From NCBI GenBank assembly GCA_000934665.2, contig KZ538279.1, forward strand, positions 62,001-126,000: 64,000 bases of DNA, read 5' to 3'. Below the pieces are notes generated by a model. That model saw only the letters and a program-made list of their open reading frames with translations. It had not been told where the DNA came from and did not search any database. The first letter of the stretch is position 1. Every line of letters starts with the position of its first letter. This DNA comes from Catajapyx aquilonaris (Eukaryota). Of this stretch, positions 60,364-64,000 are shown piece by piece. The translations under genes and the position numbers were made by a program.

Positions 60364-60753
60364 CGTTACCAGGAATTTGTTCATTCGGACACTCCCGGGA
60401 GCGAGGACTTTGCCATAAAAGTGCTCATAACTTCCGTGTATACAAACATATTCAGTTAATTAAAAACATGTCCCGAGGTGTATATCAGATGTATAGTTTA
60501 CAAGAATAAAATCAGAAAAATATGTAATATTTGTGGAGATATTTTATTCGAATCATTCTTATGGACAATTACATGGGGTAATGTGATTTAATTTTTTAAC
60601 TTGAAGTAATAGTCGGAAAAGAAAAAGAAAAAGAAGGTACCGAGGTGTATATCAGAGGTATAGTTTACATAAATAAAGCCAGAAAATATGTAATAATTGA
60701 GGAGATATTTTATTCCATCCGGCCGCGCCCGACCGGACAAATTCCTGGTAACG
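60364..60753. mobile_element. MITE with 17-bp TIR and internal ~77-bp direct duplication
   Basis: CGTTACCAGGAATTTGT / ACAAATTCCTGGTAACG; 60473-60549 matches 60640-60716. Confidence 0.7.
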
Positions 60754-61349
60754 AAAAATCTTCGCTGATTGAAGTGACAGGGTACGTTTTCGTCTTTTAC
60801 ATAGCCTGTGTCTTGTGTCAACAAAACTCCGGCACCATCGAGGCCTACAGACATGCTCCTAACCTTCCATCAACCCCTGTCATGGCCAGGTACCCACGTC
60901 CAAGCCGTTGAAGATGTGGCATTTGGAAGGTACACGAGGTCAAGGCTGTCCTCTAAATCTTCAGCTCATCCCGAAGTGTCATCTCAGTTTGTACGACACC
61001 CTCCCGAACTGTTCTTTTGTTCTGTCACCCCCTTTTTCTGCAATGAGTGGTAGTGAAATGGAGACCACGAAGGAACAACAAGGCACCTACATGAGAAGGG
61101 GGCCGTCATGTAAGCAGCCACCAAAGTGTTTCTTTCCATGTTCTCAGTTTCGGCCTACGTGTCATGCATTTTGTGAATCGGGTTGATATCAGGTATTACT
61201 GGTTGCACACGACGCAAATTTTGGGCTCGTGTACCACCCTCGATCTGCGTCCCTTGCCATTCCTCCTCCCCTATTCCAGAAGTAATGATAGAGGTCGTTT
61301 TCCTTGTACCGGTAATGATCACCAGGTACAGTGGTGGCAAGAGTCTGAC

Positions 61350-61615
61350 CTATCAGGTAAGTTAAATATTTTCTCACGTGTTTCGGAAACCCCTTCGATA
61401 CGTGATTGCAAGACTTGGAGAGCTCGAATGGCAGATCTACATTATTATTTTGGGCTAGATGCATGGGACTATTGCCAACCAATGTTACACCATCTTCGTA
61501 CAATTGATGATTATTCTCACGAGGCGGCTCGTATAAACCATCACAGAAGCACGGCTCGTGTCACAGATGAAGACTAGGCATTTTGAGTCCGAAAACTCTG
61601 TAAAATAAAGGCACG
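61350..61615 (+). mobile_element. Possible decayed Penelope-like element 3' end
   Basis: Weak GIY-YIG-tail-like translation (ETPSIRDCKTWRAR), then a hammerhead-like CAGATGA-A-GACT...AGTC-CGAAA and AATAAA. Confidence 0.3.
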
Positions 61616-64000
61616 GAGTTTACTGAACTCATATAGTGGGCCTTACTAACTGAATAACTGACAGTCCATAAATTACATGTCACCTCTAGTTTGGTAAATC
61701 CAAATGACAGCTCTAGGAGAGACTGAATGAGTGTGCGACGTTACCCTATCGAAGGCCAACTTGATTTTTATTTCAATGTCAAGCAAAAATAGACACTGCT
61801 ATTTGTGTAGATCCGGCATATTTTCGATACTAAAATACTGACAGGACCTAGTTAGGTATCGGGCAAAATTCCCCCTCCTCACCATGTCTGGAAATGGGCG
61901 TAAAACCCCCTCCAAAGAGGTGTCAGGGCAGCGTGACGTAATTTTAACGGGGGTTCACTCTAGTGTGACGAAAGCATAACATGGGGTGAAGGAGGAAAAC
62001 GTCAAAACCATTCACTTACAAACATGAACTGCAACTTTTCAAAGGTAACTTTGTTGTCACACAGGCAATTAACATTAAGTGAGGGGTTATGATTGGTATA
62101 ATTTAACTAGAAAATTAAACACTTCTCCCATTACACATTCGGAGACACCAACTTCTTGGGTATCAAGCAGCTCTCAAAAAGTGACCAGCTCGTGACCACA
62201 CGTGATATATGCTTGGAATACTGTTATAGTATAACCTTCCTTTCCACCCCCCCNNNNNNCCCCCCCCCCCCCCTCCCACTGCTGCCACCTTTCATCGTCC
62301 GTGTTCCGGAGTGGATTTTGTTGTGTTTTCTTTTCGCGTTATTAAAGTTGTCATCTGGCACGATGTTTTTCCTCCTGGTGATAGCTAGGAGCATATTTAA
62401 ATGTTATTACGTTCATGGCTGTTCCTCCAGCCGCGATAATCATGATGGATCACTGGCGCGGAGAAGTTCACTGCATCCATCACAGGCCGGTCAGCCACTC
62501 GAAACACCACCCAAATACCACCAACACCTCTCCTTCCTCTTGTGCTCTTCTTACGCCTTTACCATACACGATCCTATATAGTTACATCCAGAGTCGTTGG
62601 GTTCAGTTGCGTGGACTCCATAATATTTTTTTTGTGACATTTTTTGTTGTTCCGGTGCACGAACAGGTTGATGTAATCGAGGCAACAATAATGGTGGAAG
62701 ATTCTGCAGTTTAAACGGCTGTCAGAAGCGTTTCCTTGATGAATTTGACAATAAATGATGAAAATGCCTGGGCGGTTAGCAAACTTCGTCATGAAACCGC
62801 TCTGGGACGCACTTATTCGCTATTCGACATTGGCGACACACCTGCCTGATTCCGCGATCGCAAAACCATATTCCAGAGTTAATTATGGAGAATAAACCAT
62901 TATTTTCTGATTGGCTTCCAAATAGGTACAGATGAAACGCTTGAATATTTGAATACCAGATGTAAAGATTGGTTATTGACATTAGCATAGTCATTGGCTC
63001 AAATCTGCCACCGTCATCAATCACAGCCTAACTTATGCATATGAGAATGTGCATTGCCCGTAACACCCCCCCACACGTTTAGGGTTTCGCCATATCAGAA
63101 TGATTTGGGTCACCCTCCTAACAGTCACTCCCCCCCTTCAACGGTTATTATGCCTTATTACAACTAATTACCCAAATTTCCCGCCAAAATAACAGGCGAA
63201 ATATCACACGCCCCGGAGGTTTTATCTTATCGCCATGAAAACTTCAAATGGGTCGAATCGCGCTGAATTCGAATCGCGCTCCAACAAAGATTGATGGATT
63301 CGATCGGTGAAAAAGTAAACAGGTTACACGAACGTAATTTCTGGCCTCTAAACAATATTTTCTTCCGTTCAGTAGGCCAGTTTCGATATCTGATTTTGGT
63401 CTACACACTCACCCAAAAGAAAAAGGTAACCTGAACAATATGCGGTTTAGGACCGGAAGCTTTTAATGTTTAAAAAAAAGGGCAGCTTTGGGTCGGGGTC
63501 TTGCTTGTGTCATCATATAACTTCTGCCGGTACCTTTGATCCTAGTTGCTCAGGACAAACCCTAGTGGAAATGCGAGAAAAAGGCATCTGTTTGTTCCAC
63601 CGACGATTTGGGAAATCCTACCCTCCAGCTAAAATATTGACCCTAGAAACTTCAAATCCCTCCTATGCATAATGAAAATGGCACCGTCTCGTCTCTGATG
63701 TGGACCTGGCTATTGGAGAGCTGGAAACATACACCGAAAAAAAAAAATAATCCATTTTCATACATGACGTCAAACTCATCAGACAGGATCGATTTCTAGG
63801 GTGATGAGGGGTTGAACCAACGACAATGCTTACTTCCGTGTAATAATCCTGAACAGTCAGTTAACAATCAGCCTGAGCTTCGTTAACCCCCAAATTATTA
63901 GCCTGGTCTACAAGAAATAGGCCGAATGGGAGCAAACTTTTGTTCGACCCCAAAGATTTTTGAGATTGCCTCCCAAACCCTCCCCTCCCCTCCCTACTGG

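Noticed and set aside
62254..62259. N bases in poly-C/G runs (also 990, 7094, 17929)
   Set aside because: Assembly ambiguity, mostly at homopolymers.

Overview
Animal genomic DNA, most likely a non-insect arthropod (myriapod or chelicerate; inferred from the homeodomain and SINE types). It holds one recognisable protein-coding gene, the anterior Hox gene labial/Hox1 on the + strand. Exon 1 CDS is 28832-29528 (TYKWM hexapeptide), followed by a ~23.7-kb phase-1 intron and exon 2 CDS 53236-53672 (uninterrupted homeobox); the joined frame gives 377 aa. The rest is regulatory DNA heavily invaded by two tRNA-derived SINE families, many palindromic MITEs (several nested) and decayed transposase or retroelement fragments. 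Best unexplained signals: (1) a well-formed candidate 32-nt cassette microexon just upstream of the homeobox exon that would remove the homeodomain or remodel the linker; (2) composite Exd/Lab + Hth(+GATA) sites 18-20 kb upstream, like the Drosophila lab autoregulatory element; (3) an intronic full-cloverleaf tRNA-like sequence with a non-canonical anticodon loop; (4) a large nested foldback and a pre-miRNA-like hairpin in the intron; (5) a perfect DR5 nuclear-receptor element. All calls were made by eye; no database search was run.
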